The translations under genes and the position numbers were made by a program. The notes beneath the pieces are model-generated. The model worked only from the letters and a program-made list of their open reading frames with translations. It did not search any database and was not told the DNA's origin. Below, piece by piece: positions 1 through 8,697 of a stretch of 64,000 nt of DNA (its first letter is position 1; each line of letters starts with the position of its first letter). This stretch comes from Fidelibacterota bacterium (lineage in GTDB: Bacteria > Fidelibacterota > UBA8477 > JABMPR01), in assembly GCA_016784545.1 (NCBI GenBank), contig JADHUM010000007.1, forward strand, positions 1,582 through 65,581, given 5' to 3'.

Positions 1-12
1 GCAGCTGCCCCG

Positions 13-780
13 TTGACATCACCGATGGACGAAGGCTTTTATACTCTACGGCTTACTGCTGAAGATCTGGAATCCGGTGAGTATTGTGGACACCACGAAT
101 TAGCTAGATTCACCACCGCCGGTCCCTTGACAGTACAATCACTGGATCACCTGCACCCTGCACAGGAAGCCATACCACCAGGACAAACTGTGTATTTCGA
201 TCTGTTCCTGGAAAATCTGGGTTCGGAAACGACGATCGGGAACATTTCTGCGGAGATAACACCAACCGATACCAATTCGCTTGCGGTGGGTGGCTATACC
301 AGTTCATCATTTAGCGATATCGCAGCGGGTGAAATACAGCTCTCCCTTCGCCATTTCGCCCTGCAGATTAAAGATGACTGCCCTGAAGGAACGCCGATCA
401 ATTTCAAGGTTGCATTGAAATCGGATGGTATGACCTACTGGGAGGAGGAGAGAGTCCTCCTGGGAACTGTCGCTATCAACAATGACGGTTCGGCCATTCC
501 CAGGGAATTTTCTCTTCAGCAGAATTATCCCAATCCCTTCAATCCCTTCACTACCATCAGCTACGACTTGCCTGAGTTTTCAGATGTGAAACTAACGGTT
601 TACGATGTAACAGGTAGGGAGCTTACTACACTCCGTGATCAAGTTCAAACGCCAGGTCATTATGAAGTCCAATGGAATGGGATGAATGCATCAGGGATTC
701 AAAAGAGTACAGGAGTCTATTTCGCTCGGCTGCGGGCAGGGGAGTACAATCAGACAATCAAGATGCTGTATCTCAAATAG
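13..780 (+). CDS. C-terminal fragment of a secreted protein with a T9SS (Por_Secre_tail-type) C-terminal sorting domain. The 5' end lies outside the window.
   Basis: The ORF is open to the window start. The C-terminus, YPNPFNPFTTISYDLPEFSDVKLTVYDVTGRELTTL...GVYFARLRAGEYNQTIKMLYLK, matches the type-A T9SS CTD consensus. The same tail is seen on the proteins at 8698..10479 and 26155..28884. Confidence 0.6.
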   Translation: MTSPMDEGFYTLRLTAEDLESGEYCGHHELARFTTAGPLTVQSLDHLHPAQEAIPPGQTVYFDLFLENLGSETTIGNISAEITPTDTNSLAVGGYTSSSFSDIAAGEIQLSLRHFALQIKDDCPEGTPINFKVALKSDGMTYWEEERVLLGTVAINNDGSAIPREFSLQQNYPNPFNPFTTISYDLPEFSDVKLTVYDVTGRELTTLRDQVQTPGHYEVQWNGMNASGIQKSTGVYFARLRAGEYNQTIKMLYLK

Positions 781-801
781 TATCAAATGATACCAAAGAA
801 T

Positions 802-962
802 ATGGCATGTGGTGGCGTGATTTGTCCATATCATCAAGTGTATGATATGGGAATATCAGCAATATAACATAATTACAAGTGATATATTATCAGTATGTTA
901 GAAGGTGTACCCGGGGACGGAGTCGAACCGTCACAGTATTGCTACCGAGGGATTTTAAGTCC
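802..962 (-). repeat. Direct-repeat copy A. A conserved box (802..830, ATGGCATGTGGTGGCGTGATTTGTCCA) is followed ~75 bp later by a pseudo-tRNA corresponding to nt ~29-73 of tRNA-Leu(UAA) at 904..962.
   Basis: The reverse complement of 904..962 reads GGACTTAAAATCCCTC-GGTAGCAATACTGTG-ACGGTTCGACTCCGT-CCCCGGGTACA. This is the anticodon stem-loop (anticodon TAA), a long variable arm, the T arm and the acceptor 3' strand, with no 5' half. It is paralogous to the intact tRNA at 36677..36761 but carries compensatory stem changes. Confidence 0.6.
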
Positions 963-1120
963 TTAGTATGTTGTTGATAGTCAGTAGGTTACTGAAATTG
1001 TGTCAAAATCTTCAAATGAAAAATGCGTACAAATTATGCCAGTAAAAAAGCAGGTTAGAAGGCGTTATCGTCATCGCCAGAAAGTATGGGCAAGGGTTCT
1101 TGCGCGGGACCTTTTCTGAA

Positions 1121-1483
1121 CTATGCCGACATCCCCAGTAATGCACCATTGATGTAGGAGAACATCCAGAGAGTCCATACTACCACACTGAAGCGATGAA
1201 ACCGGATTCGTAGTGTTTCTTTGTTTCGCACAAGGACAACTGTTGCCCAGATGGTATGAACCAACATGAAGAAAATACCTGCATACCCCGACAAAGAATG
1301 AAGACTAAAGGTTTCGATTGTAGAATTGTGGATCATAAGCCCTGTCCCGAATACATCGAAAAACAATCCTGACCAGAATAAAATCAGGTGTGATCGATTC
1401 AGAATTCCGGCTATCCGCTCATTCCATGTTGCAGTTGTGTACAGGACGAGAGCGATTGTGATTAGAATTGCTGGTATTGGCAT
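1121..1483 (-). CDS. Small integral membrane protein of about 4 TM helices. Function unknown.
   Basis: 120-aa ORF with four hydrophobic segments, sitting at the start of the metal cluster. No recognisable catalytic motif. Confidence 0.45.
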   Translation of the reverse strand: MPIPAILITIALVLYTTATWNERIAGILNRSHLILFWSGLFFDVFGTGLMIHNSTIETFSLHSLSGYAGIFFMLVHTIWATVVLVRNKETLRIRFHRFSVVVWTLWMFSYINGALLGMSA

Positions 1484-1506
1484 TGCTTAGTTTCCTAAAA
1501 ATATTT

Positions 1507-2064
1507 CTAAGATATGTGTGAAAAAAGTATTCGTATTCCGATCCCAATGAGTATTAGACCACCAAAAACCTCTACACCTTTGCCCATTAGACTTCCTGCT
1601 ACCCTTCCAATTCTTGCAGCAATTATGGAGAGTGTGAAGGTGATGAACCCTATCAGCAAGCATGCCACCCAAATGTTCACATTTAGAACTGAGAAACTCA
1701 AGCCCACAGCTAGTGCATCAATGCTAGTTGCTATGCTCAAAGTGACCAGGGTCCATCCACGGGTTGGGTCGTTTAGGATTTTCTCCTCATTAGTATCAAA
1801 CCAAGAGAAAACCATACGCCCGCCCACTATAGCCAAGAGGGTAAATGCAACCCAGTGATCCCACTTTTCAATGTATTCAACGATGGTCGAGCCAAGGAAC
1901 CATCCTACTAGAGGCATGACTCCTTGAAAAAGCCCAAAATGGAAAGCCAGGCGAAATACTTGACGTGTCTGGTGGGCAAAACCTGAAGCTGCTGCTGTCA
2001 TTGAGACGGCTGATGCATCCATAGCGAGCCCGATAGCGATAAGTACTATTTCTAGGAGTGTCAT
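1507..2064 (-). CDS. mntP: Manganese efflux pump MntP (DUF204 family).
   Basis: 185 aa. Starts MTLLEIVLIAIGLAMDASAVS, with the duplicated LAMDA / SIDALAVG half-domains typical of MntP. Confidence 0.7.
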   Translation of the reverse strand: MTLLEIVLIAIGLAMDASAVSMTAAASGFAHQTRQVFRLAFHFGLFQGVMPLVGWFLGSTIVEYIEKWDHWVAFTLLAIVGGRMVFSWFDTNEEKILNDPTRGWTLVTLSIATSIDALAVGLSFSVLNVNIWVACLLIGFITFTLSIIAARIGRVAGSLMGKGVEVFGGLILIGIGIRILFSHIS

Positions 2065-2151
2065 GCATCATATTAAGAATCTCTATGGAGAATAGTACGG
2101 CATTCTCCGATGGATGTTCAAAACCTGCGCCAATTATTCTGACGACTTACT

Positions 2152-2784
2152 CTAGAGTACTTTCTTTATATCAGAAAACTCACCGCTCACTTCGAGGGTG
2201 ATGTTCATGATGCCTGATGTTCGATTTCTCCAAAACCAACCATGATGCCCATCGAAGGATGCTTCCAATGTTCCTTCATCCCTGTCCTTTGAACCTTTGG
2301 CATAGTTATGATACTTGATGTTCAATGGTTTTGAATCACCATGAGTATCAAAGTTTGCCTCTCCGTTATCTGAGGTCCATGAAAAGGTAACTTTATTACC
2401 CTTTAGCATAGCCAGTTTGATCTCTGTCGCTTCATCTGGTTTAAGCGTAAATGTCATAGAGTCTGTATTTATGTCGTCGTTTGGTTTCGGTATTTTCGTT
2501 TTTACTGGTGCCACTTCCTTGGGTTTCTTAGCGGAAAGCATCTGAGCTTTCATTGCTTCATCTTTCGCCCGTTCAATAGCAGCATCCTTTGCCAGAGAGG
2601 TTTTAATCTCGCCCATTTTGGTCAGCCCAATCAGTTTACCGATGCCAGTTGGATCTATTCCATACTCAGCAGGGAGTATGGCAGTAACTAGAATGACTAG
2701 TGCTATACCAGCTGCGATGATAGTTGATTTGACCAGCTGCGCTTTCGAAGGGAGATCATTATTGCTTATTTGATTATTGTGCAT
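2152..2784 (-). CDS. Membrane-anchored periplasmic protein of unknown function, encoded immediately downstream of the HupE/UreJ gene.
   Basis: An N-terminal TM segment (STIIAAGIALVILVTAILP) is followed by a K/A-rich linker and a beta-rich domain. The start was taken at the internal ATG (MHNNQ) to avoid overlap with the upstream gene; the longer ORF in the track extends to 2877. Confidence 0.45.
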   Translation of the reverse strand: MHNNQISNNDLPSKAQLVKSTIIAAGIALVILVTAILPAEYGIDPTGIGKLIGLTKMGEIKTSLAKDAAIERAKDEAMKAQMLSAKKPKEVAPVKTKIPKPNDDINTDSMTFTLKPDEATEIKLAMLKGNKVTFSWTSDNGEANFDTHGDSKPLNIKYHNYAKGSKDRDEGTLEASFDGHHGWFWRNRTSGIMNITLEVSGEFSDIKKVL

Positions 2785-2803
2785 GAGTGTATTCCTTAGA
2801 AGT

Positions 2804-3508
2804 TTATGAAGTAAAAAAGCCGGTGAGTTGATAACCAACGAAAATGAACCCTCCAGCCATGAGCAGTACATTGGCATTATAGGCGTGATCCATAAACCTT
2901 ATAGATCTACGCCAGTAGCCCATAATAATGAGTATGATTGCCAGTCCCATTATCTGGCCCAATTCCACACCAACGTTAAAAGAAATCAGGTTAGGAATAA
3001 GTCCATCAGAAGACACTTTATAGTCCAGGATCTTAGTAGCCAGTCCAAATCCATGAAACAGCCCGAAGATGAGAGTTGCAACTTTCGTGTTGGGTTGAAT
3101 ACCAAACCAGGATTGATATGCCCCCATATTATCGAGAGCCTTGTACACAATAGAAAACCCTATGACAGCGTCTATTATGTATGCATTTACACTTATATTG
3201 AGTAGAACACCTGAAAGTAGGGTGACAGAGTGTCCAAGAGCAAAAAGTGTGACGTAAATGCTCACATCCTTGAGCCTGTACAAAAAGAATATGACCCCAA
3301 ACAAGAAGAGTAAATGGTCATATCCGGTAACCATATGTTTAGCGCCCAGGTATATGAATGGTACGATCATAGTACCAGAGCTCTCCTGTATAAAGCCCTT
3401 ATCTCCTTGAGTCACGCCATGGGCCATTGCATCTGGAGTACCCGCAAACAGAAACACCGTGCCTGCTAATACCAGCAGTATGTTTTTCAGAGTGAATAAA
3501 TTGTTCAT
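2804..3508 (-). CDS. HupE/UreJ-family metal (Ni/Co-type) transporter.
   Basis: 234 aa with a signal peptide followed by MAHGV. It has multiple TM helices with the conserved His motifs ALGHSVTLL and GLFHGFGLA characteristic of HupE/UreJ_2. Confidence 0.55.
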   Translation of the reverse strand: MNNLFTLKNILLVLAGTVFLFAGTPDAMAHGVTQGDKGFIQESSGTMIVPFIYLGAKHMVTGYDHLLFLFGVIFFLYRLKDVSIYVTLFALGHSVTLLSGVLLNISVNAYIIDAVIGFSIVYKALDNMGAYQSWFGIQPNTKVATLIFGLFHGFGLATKILDYKVSSDGLIPNLISFNVGVELGQIMGLAIILIIMGYWRRSIRFMDHAYNANVLLMAGGFIFVGYQLTGFFTS

Positions 3509-3592
3509 TAATAAAACCTCATTAATAGTCCTTGTGATACGGACATTAAAATTGAATTAGTTCTTAGGTGTAACTTGGTAAATCTGGGAAGT

Positions 3593-4042
3593 TTATGAAA
3601 GGGTTGGGGGACCCCGAATTTTAGAGGTGAATACTTTTATGACGCCAAGAATCGGTCGTTCAACAAGGTGGAATCTGGTAATAGGTCTTTGCCTGTTCCA
3701 TAAGTCTTTTCCATTCGGACCAACAAATTCATTATCCGATATAGATGAATTGTTCGATTGTGGTCGGAATAATTTCCAATCGGTGTGATTAACAAATGTG
3801 TGGCTATGGTCACTGGATTGGGAGGATTTAGGCTCATCGTGGTGATGCGCACCTTGGTCATTATCTTCGACAACCTGAAGTATATTGATTCCAGCGACAA
3901 CAAGCTCTGCGGCATGAAGGTGATGCACATGTAGAAAAGGGGATAAAAGGGACATGGTCATGACTAGACGAAGTATTATCGACCATCTAGCATGTTGCTT
4001 TATAAGTATGGGATTAAATTTAATCTTCCACATTGTGTTCAA
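3593..4042 (-). CDS. His-rich hypothetical protein (possible periplasmic metal-binding protein). Weak call.
   Basis: 149-aa ORF containing HVHHLHAAE, GAHHHDEPK and SDHSHTF histidine clusters. It is divergent from the CDF gene. The composition is partly low-complexity and an overlapping alternative-frame ORF exists. Confidence 0.3.
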   Translation of the reverse strand: MNTMWKIKFNPILIKQHARWSIILRLVMTMSLLSPFLHVHHLHAAELVVAGINILQVVEDNDQGAHHHDEPKSSQSSDHSHTFVNHTDWKLFRPQSNNSSISDNEFVGPNGKDLWNRQRPITRFHLVERPILGVIKVFTSKIRGPPTLS

Positions 4043-4322
4043 CTGCTTTAACTGCCATCCTGATATTCATTTGCTTGTTCAACTATAAACATGGAGCAAC
4101 CTATTCAGTCATCAAAACATTCCAAGCAAAACCAACAACCGGCAGCATGGTGCATGTATACTAGCATTGAATAATTAATACATACTGGACATACTGGATT
4201 CAGCTTGGTCCCTAGCAACTGACACTTTGTGGCTTGTGAAGATCATACCGGAGAATAAGTTCATATGAAGGGTATGAATTGCCCAAGTGGGCTAGGGCTA
4301 ACATCATGAGGACTGATTTGTA

Positions 4323-5240
4323 ATGCAAAACTGGCACCATGATCACACTTTTGGACAAGACAAACGTCGACCAGGTGAATCGCGCACGCTTGTAGTTATA
4401 GTAATCACTGCCATCACGATGCTGGTAGAAATAGTGGCAGGAATCAAATATGGTTCCATGGCACTTTTGGCAGACGGGTTACATATGGCGTCGCATGCCG
4501 TAGCCCTCAGCGTAACAGCTTTTGCCTATGCCTATGCACGTCGAAATGCCCGGAATGATCGTTTCAGTTTTGGTACAGGAAAGGTAAATGCACTGGGTGG
4601 TTTTATTGGGGCAATCCTTCTGGCGATATTTGCTCTGTACATGGGCTTTGAAAGTGTTGTTCGTCTACTAAACCCTGTTGAGATAGTATTTAATCAGGCG
4701 ATTTTAGTGGCTGTTTTAGGGCTCATTGTTAATGGTGTTAGCGTGTTGATTCTGGGTGTTGAGAATCATGATCACGATCATAAGCATTCCGAGCATCACC
4801 ATGATCATAACTTGAAGTCTGCCTATCTTCATGTAATGGCTGATGCACTTACCTCGATGTTAGCCATTGTTGCCTTGCTTACTGCAAAATACTTCGGTTC
4901 TGTTTGGATGGATCCAATAATGGGAATTGTTGGTGCAGTGCTTGTTGCCCGCTGGTCATTTGGACTTTTGAGTTCTACGAGTAAGATTTTGTTAGATGAA
5001 CAGGCTCCGGAAACAGTTCTTGATTCGATTAAGGATGCGCTAAATGATGGTGATGATAAGGAGATAACAGATATACATGTCTGGTCGATTGGTCCGAGTA
5101 TCTATGCAGCACAGATCTCAATAGTGTCCAGCAATCCAGATTCTCTAGCAGAATATAAAAACAGTATCCCAAAGGACTTGGGGATAGTACATTTGTCTAT
5201 TGAAATTCATAAAAACCCTGAGACTTCAATGCCTAGATAA
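4323..5240 (+). CDS. Cation diffusion facilitator (CzcD/ZitB-like Zn/Co/Cd efflux).
   Basis: 305 aa with six TM helices. It has the CDF signature HMASHAVALSV...FGTGKV, a His-rich loop HDHDHKHSEHHHDH, and a C-terminal cytoplasmic domain. Confidence 0.8.
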   Translation: MQNWHHDHTFGQDKRRPGESRTLVVIVITAITMLVEIVAGIKYGSMALLADGLHMASHAVALSVTAFAYAYARRNARNDRFSFGTGKVNALGGFIGAILLAIFALYMGFESVVRLLNPVEIVFNQAILVAVLGLIVNGVSVLILGVENHDHDHKHSEHHHDHNLKSAYLHVMADALTSMLAIVALLTAKYFGSVWMDPIMGIVGAVLVARWSFGLLSSTSKILLDEQAPETVLDSIKDALNDGDDKEITDIHVWSIGPSIYAAQISIVSSNPDSLAEYKNSIPKDLGIVHLSIEIHKNPETSMPR

Positions 5241-5290
5241 TGAGCTACCCTTTATGAGATTGGGGGTCCTGAGCGTGTGCTGGGGGATTA

Positions 5291-5479
5291 CTAATGCTCC
5301 TGCATACTGGGACATTTAACAGTTCCATAAGAGCAATACACACAGCAATCCTCAGGCTTTGGCTTCAACATTTTCCCGCACCTAGTACATTCATAAAAAT
5401 GAACACTAGCGTTTGCAGGCATTATCTCTGTTCTTGAATGACCACACTCGGGACAGGTAATCATGGATTCTAATATCAA
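5291..5479 (-). CDS. Small Cys-rich zinc-ribbon protein (putative metal-binding).
   Basis: 62 aa with CPECG...CTRCG (a four-Cys ribbon) plus DCCVYCSYGTVKCP. It is the last gene of a two-gene minus-strand operon. Confidence 0.45.
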   Translation of the reverse strand: MILESMITCPECGHSRTEIMPANASVHFYECTRCGKMLKPKPEDCCVYCSYGTVKCPSMQEH

Positions 5480-5504
5480 ATTATGCCTGTATTACAGTTA
5501 TGTA

Positions 5505-5858
5505 CTAATCGTGAGTAGTTTGCTTTTTATTTGGTATCAGCTCAAGTGAATTTACATGGTACTTATCTCCAAGTAACTCTCCTGAAACATTTGCAGTTCT
5601 TATTGTGTTGCAAAAGCCGTCATGTGCGTGGGCATCTCCATGGGCATCTATATGAGTCCCCGATACGAAATACGCTTTGCCATCGAACCTGACTGCTAAA
5701 TCACATCCATCTCCTGGAAGTCCAAACAGGCATTCACCGCAGGCTACCTCCATAACTTGAGTTGAATCACTCCGCATCATCTGATTATCTCCCTCTATTT
5801 CTAGAGCAGTTAAAATCCCAAACCCAAAGATTAACACCACCACTATTCTACGATACAT
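5505..5858 (-). CDS. Secreted Cys/His-rich protein (putative periplasmic metal-binding).
   Basis: 117 aa. An N-terminal hydrophobic signal (IVVVLIFGFGILTALE) is followed by ACGECLFGLPGDGCDLA and DAHGDAHAHDGFC. It is divergent from the HMA-AraC regulator gene. Confidence 0.45.
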   Translation of the reverse strand: MYRRIVVVLIFGFGILTALEIEGDNQMMRSDSTQVMEVACGECLFGLPGDGCDLAVRFDGKAYFVSGTHIDAHGDAHAHDGFCNTIRTANVSGELLGDKYHVNSLELIPNKKQTTHD

Positions 5859-6030
5859 ACTTCACCTCATGATAAATATAGTCATGTATTCTAATCAATG
5901 GTAGCCAAGAGTCATCAAATTAATTCGTTGCGATTATGATAATTATCCCGATATAAGATTAGACAAGGATGCAATTTAGGAGTTATGTCTATTTTGGTTA
6001 TTTTGCAAATACTCGAGAAAGGAAGTCAAA

Positions 6031-6639
6031 TTGGTAAGTCAGAATCAGGAAAGTTCATTAAAGGTAACCAGTCTAAATATAAAGAATATGGTTTGTGACC
6101 GTTGCAAGCGAGTGATAAAAGAGGAATTGGAGAAGTTGGGGTATCATGTGATGGTCGAAAGACTGGGGCATGCAAAAATCTATACAGATGAACAAAGAGT
6201 AGACCTGGAGAAGATTGATCTGATTCTGCAAGTAAATGGGTTTGAGTTGTTGCTGGACAAAAATGCCCAAATTATCGAAAAGATTCGCACATCAATTATT
6301 GACCTAATCTATAGCAATCGGTTAGGGAGTCTGGAGGTCAACCTCTCTGAACATCTGACAAGAGAGTTGTCTAAAGATTATTCCGCATTAAGCTCTCTAT
6401 TCTCAGCGGTAGAAGGGTTGACTATAGAAAAATATTTTATATTACAGAAAATTGAGAGAGTGAAGGAGCTACTGATATATAACGAACTAACACTTTCTGA
6501 GACAGCGTACAAATTAGGCTATAGCAGTGTGCAACACCTTTCCAATCAATTTAAAAAGACCACGGGTATGAGTGCTTCCCAGTTCAGGGCTTTGCACCAG
6601 GCTGATAGAAAATCGATAGATCATATTGGCCATCTTTAA
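6031..6639 (+). CDS. AraC-family transcriptional regulator with an N-terminal heavy-metal-associated (HMA) domain.
   Basis: The N-terminus LNIKNMVCDRCKRVIKEELEKLGY matches the HMA M-x-C-x-x-C ferredoxin-like fold. The C-terminus LTLSETAYKLGYSSVQHLSNQFKKTTGMSASQFR is an AraC/XylS helix-turn-helix. Confidence 0.65.
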   Translation: MVSQNQESSLKVTSLNIKNMVCDRCKRVIKEELEKLGYHVMVERLGHAKIYTDEQRVDLEKIDLILQVNGFELLLDKNAQIIEKIRTSIIDLIYSNRLGSLEVNLSEHLTRELSKDYSALSSLFSAVEGLTIEKYFILQKIERVKELLIYNELTLSETAYKLGYSSVQHLSNQFKKTTGMSASQFRALHQADRKSIDHIGHL

Positions 6640-6725
6640 TAATCTTATAACACTTTTCCATGATTGTGTAACGCATCGTCTTCAAAATCTTTCATCTTAG
6701 CTACCTGATAGACTAGGACCTCCGG

Positions 6726-7271
6726 GTGATTTTTCAATCAATCACAAGAAAGAGGAAAATGGAACATGGAACATTTAGAAGAGATGGAGGATACATGGAC
6801 AGCAAGGCACACAATCATGAACATCATATGATGGCAGAAACTAAAACTGAGGAAGGGTCACTCAAGTTAGCCTTCTCGGCAACACTGCATTGCTTGATTG
6901 GCTGTGGTTTAGGTGAGGTTGTTGGGATGATTCTTGCCACTTGGTGGGGTTGGGGGAATGTAGCCTCCATTGCATTGGCTGTTTCACTCGGATTTGTATT
7001 TGGTTTCGTCCTGGGAATGTGGCCACTCCTGAGAGCTAAGATGTCATTCAGGAAAGCCTTTCGAATCATACTGGTAGCAGAGGGTGTAAGCATCCTGGTT
7101 ATGGAAACAGCCGAAGTGCTGGTGCAGGTATACTCACCCGGAGTAATGGAGGCATCTCTGACTGATGGCATTTTCTGGTTAGGTATGTTCTTAGCCCTAG
7201 TGGCGGGTTTTCTTGCGGCCCTACCGATAAACATCATTTTAGTACGAAGAGGAGTTCGCCATCAGCACTAG
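6726..7271 (+). CDS. DUF4396-family membrane protein (common in metal-resistance loci).
   Basis: The LHCLIGCGLGEV motif is followed by four TM helices. The N-terminus is His-rich (HNHEHH). Confidence 0.55.
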   Translation: MIFQSITRKRKMEHGTFRRDGGYMDSKAHNHEHHMMAETKTEEGSLKLAFSATLHCLIGCGLGEVVGMILATWWGWGNVASIALAVSLGFVFGFVLGMWPLLRAKMSFRKAFRIILVAEGVSILVMETAEVLVQVYSPGVMEASLTDGIFWLGMFLALVAGFLAALPINIILVRRGVRHQH

Positions 7272-7376
7272 CGAAACTGATAAAAAAACAACTCCATCTG
7301 TTGCTGTTTGGAACAAAAATTGCATTAATCAGTATTTGATATATACAATTAATTGAAATCAGGGAGTTAAGAGTAA

Positions 7377-7880
7377 ATGAGATATAAAAATTTGGCCAGA
7401 TTGTTACCAAGTAGTTTGTTCCTACTTGCCTTTATCGCGGTAATCATTTCATGTGAGGACACAATGGAGCAGGATGAGGTTAGTGTTGCCGAATTATCCA
7501 GGGTGACTCCTGTCGATGGAGCCGTTAATATTAATCCAGATGCGAGCATTTCGATTGAATTTACTGAGGGTATGGATTCCAGCTCGTGTCAATCGCGCTT
7601 CGGCGTGTTTATGGGTGATCTAGATGAAATCCCTACCAACATGATGGGCCAAATGCATGGGATGATGAATGGGCAGTTCCAGTGGAATGATGATCAAACC
7701 ATTATGACTTTCCATCCAGATAGTATGTTCATGGATTCCACGATGTACTCGATTTGCATCCAGGAAGGGATGCAGATGCATCATCATGGAGGCGGTGGCA
7801 TGATGAATATGAATCATATGGGTAATAATGGTTCAACCGCGAGCAATGGGATAATATCCAGATTCCATACGAGAAATTAA
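7377..7880 (+). CDS. Met/His-rich lipoprotein, putative periplasmic Cu(I)-binding protein.
   Basis: Signal peptide with a lipobox (AVIISC). It has an Ig-like segment (VTPVDGAVNINPDASISIEF) and then Met-rich motifs MMGQMHGMMNGQ and MQMHHHGGGGMMNMNHM, like the Met motifs of CusF/CopC/PcoC-type proteins. Confidence 0.5.
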   Translation: MRYKNLARLLPSSLFLLAFIAVIISCEDTMEQDEVSVAELSRVTPVDGAVNINPDASISIEFTEGMDSSSCQSRFGVFMGDLDEIPTNMMGQMHGMMNGQFQWNDDQTIMTFHPDSMFMDSTMYSICIQEGMQMHHHGGGGMMNMNHMGNNGSTASNGIISRFHTRN

Positions 7881-7892
7881 ACCACGCTAAGT

Positions 7893-8687
7893 ATGAAGAA
7901 AACTGAGTACAATATCCCCAAGATGGACTGTTCCTCAGAGGAACAGATGATCAGGATGAAACTTGAAGGGATTGGAGAAATCCAGTCCCTTCATTTCGAT
8001 CTCGAAGCTCGACAGCTTGAGGTGATCCACGAGGGTAATTCCGATCCTATCACAGCATCCCTCAAGGAATTGGATCTAGGGGCAGAACTGGTACAGACGA
8101 CTGAGTCCGTAGCTGAAAACAAGGCTAACCAGGAAGACGACCAGAGGAAAGCACTTTGGATCGTACTGGTTATAAACGTGTCCTTCTTCCTGATTGAGAT
8201 GACTGCGGGATTCATAGCTGTTTCCATGGGGCTGCTGGGAGATTCCCTGGATATGTTGGCGGATTCGATTGTCTATGTGCTCAGCCTCATGGCTATAGGA
8301 AAGGCTTTGTCCTACAAGAAGCAGGTAGCCAAACTAAGTGGCTGGTTCCAGTTGGGACTTGCGATCCTGGGATTCGGCGAGGTAATCCGAAGGTTCCTGG
8401 GTTACACAGAAATACCCGTATTCGAAGTTATGATCATTATATCCGCTTTCGCACTTGTTGGCAACACAGCGTCACTAATTGTGATCAATAGAGCAAAAAG
8501 CGATGAAGCTCATATGAAGGCAAGTGCAATTTTCACATCGAATGATATTATTGTGAATCTTGGGGTGATTACAGCAGGTGTTCTGGTAAAATTCACCTCG
8601 ACTGCGTACCCCGATCTCGTAATCGGAGCTATTCTCTTCATCGTAGTTGCTAGGGGAGCCTTCCGAATCCTGAAATTGGCCACTTAG
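7893..8687 (+). CDS. Cation-efflux (CDF-family TM domain) protein with an N-terminal HMA-like domain. There is no C-terminal cytoplasmic domain.
   Basis: N-terminal IPKMDCSSEEQMIRMKL is a degenerate HMA fold. It is followed by six TM helices with LLGDSLDMLADS (the CDF site-A D-x-x-x-D motif). Confidence 0.5.
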   Translation: MKKTEYNIPKMDCSSEEQMIRMKLEGIGEIQSLHFDLEARQLEVIHEGNSDPITASLKELDLGAELVQTTESVAENKANQEDDQRKALWIVLVINVSFFLIEMTAGFIAVSMGLLGDSLDMLADSIVYVLSLMAIGKALSYKKQVAKLSGWFQLGLAILGFGEVIRRFLGYTEIPVFEVMIIISAFALVGNTASLIVINRAKSDEAHMKASAIFTSNDIIVNLGVITAGVLVKFTSTAYPDLVIGAILFIVVARGAFRILKLAT

Positions 8688-8697
8688 GCAAGTTGAA

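Noticed and set aside
110-310. 66-aa minus-strand ORF inside the partial T9SS-cargo gene.
   Set aside because: It is antisense to a coding region whose C-terminal sorting domain is convincing, and there is no start context.
1487-2071. ORFs of 61-114 aa overlapping mntP on both strands.
   Set aside because: The MntP reading frame has clear family motifs. The overlapping frames are compositionally biased and have no independent support.
3637-3930. 97-aa alternative-frame ORF overlapping the His-rich ORF at 3593..4042.
   Set aside because: It is mutually exclusive with the longer ORF. Neither is strongly supported, and I kept only the longer His-rich one at low confidence given the metal context.
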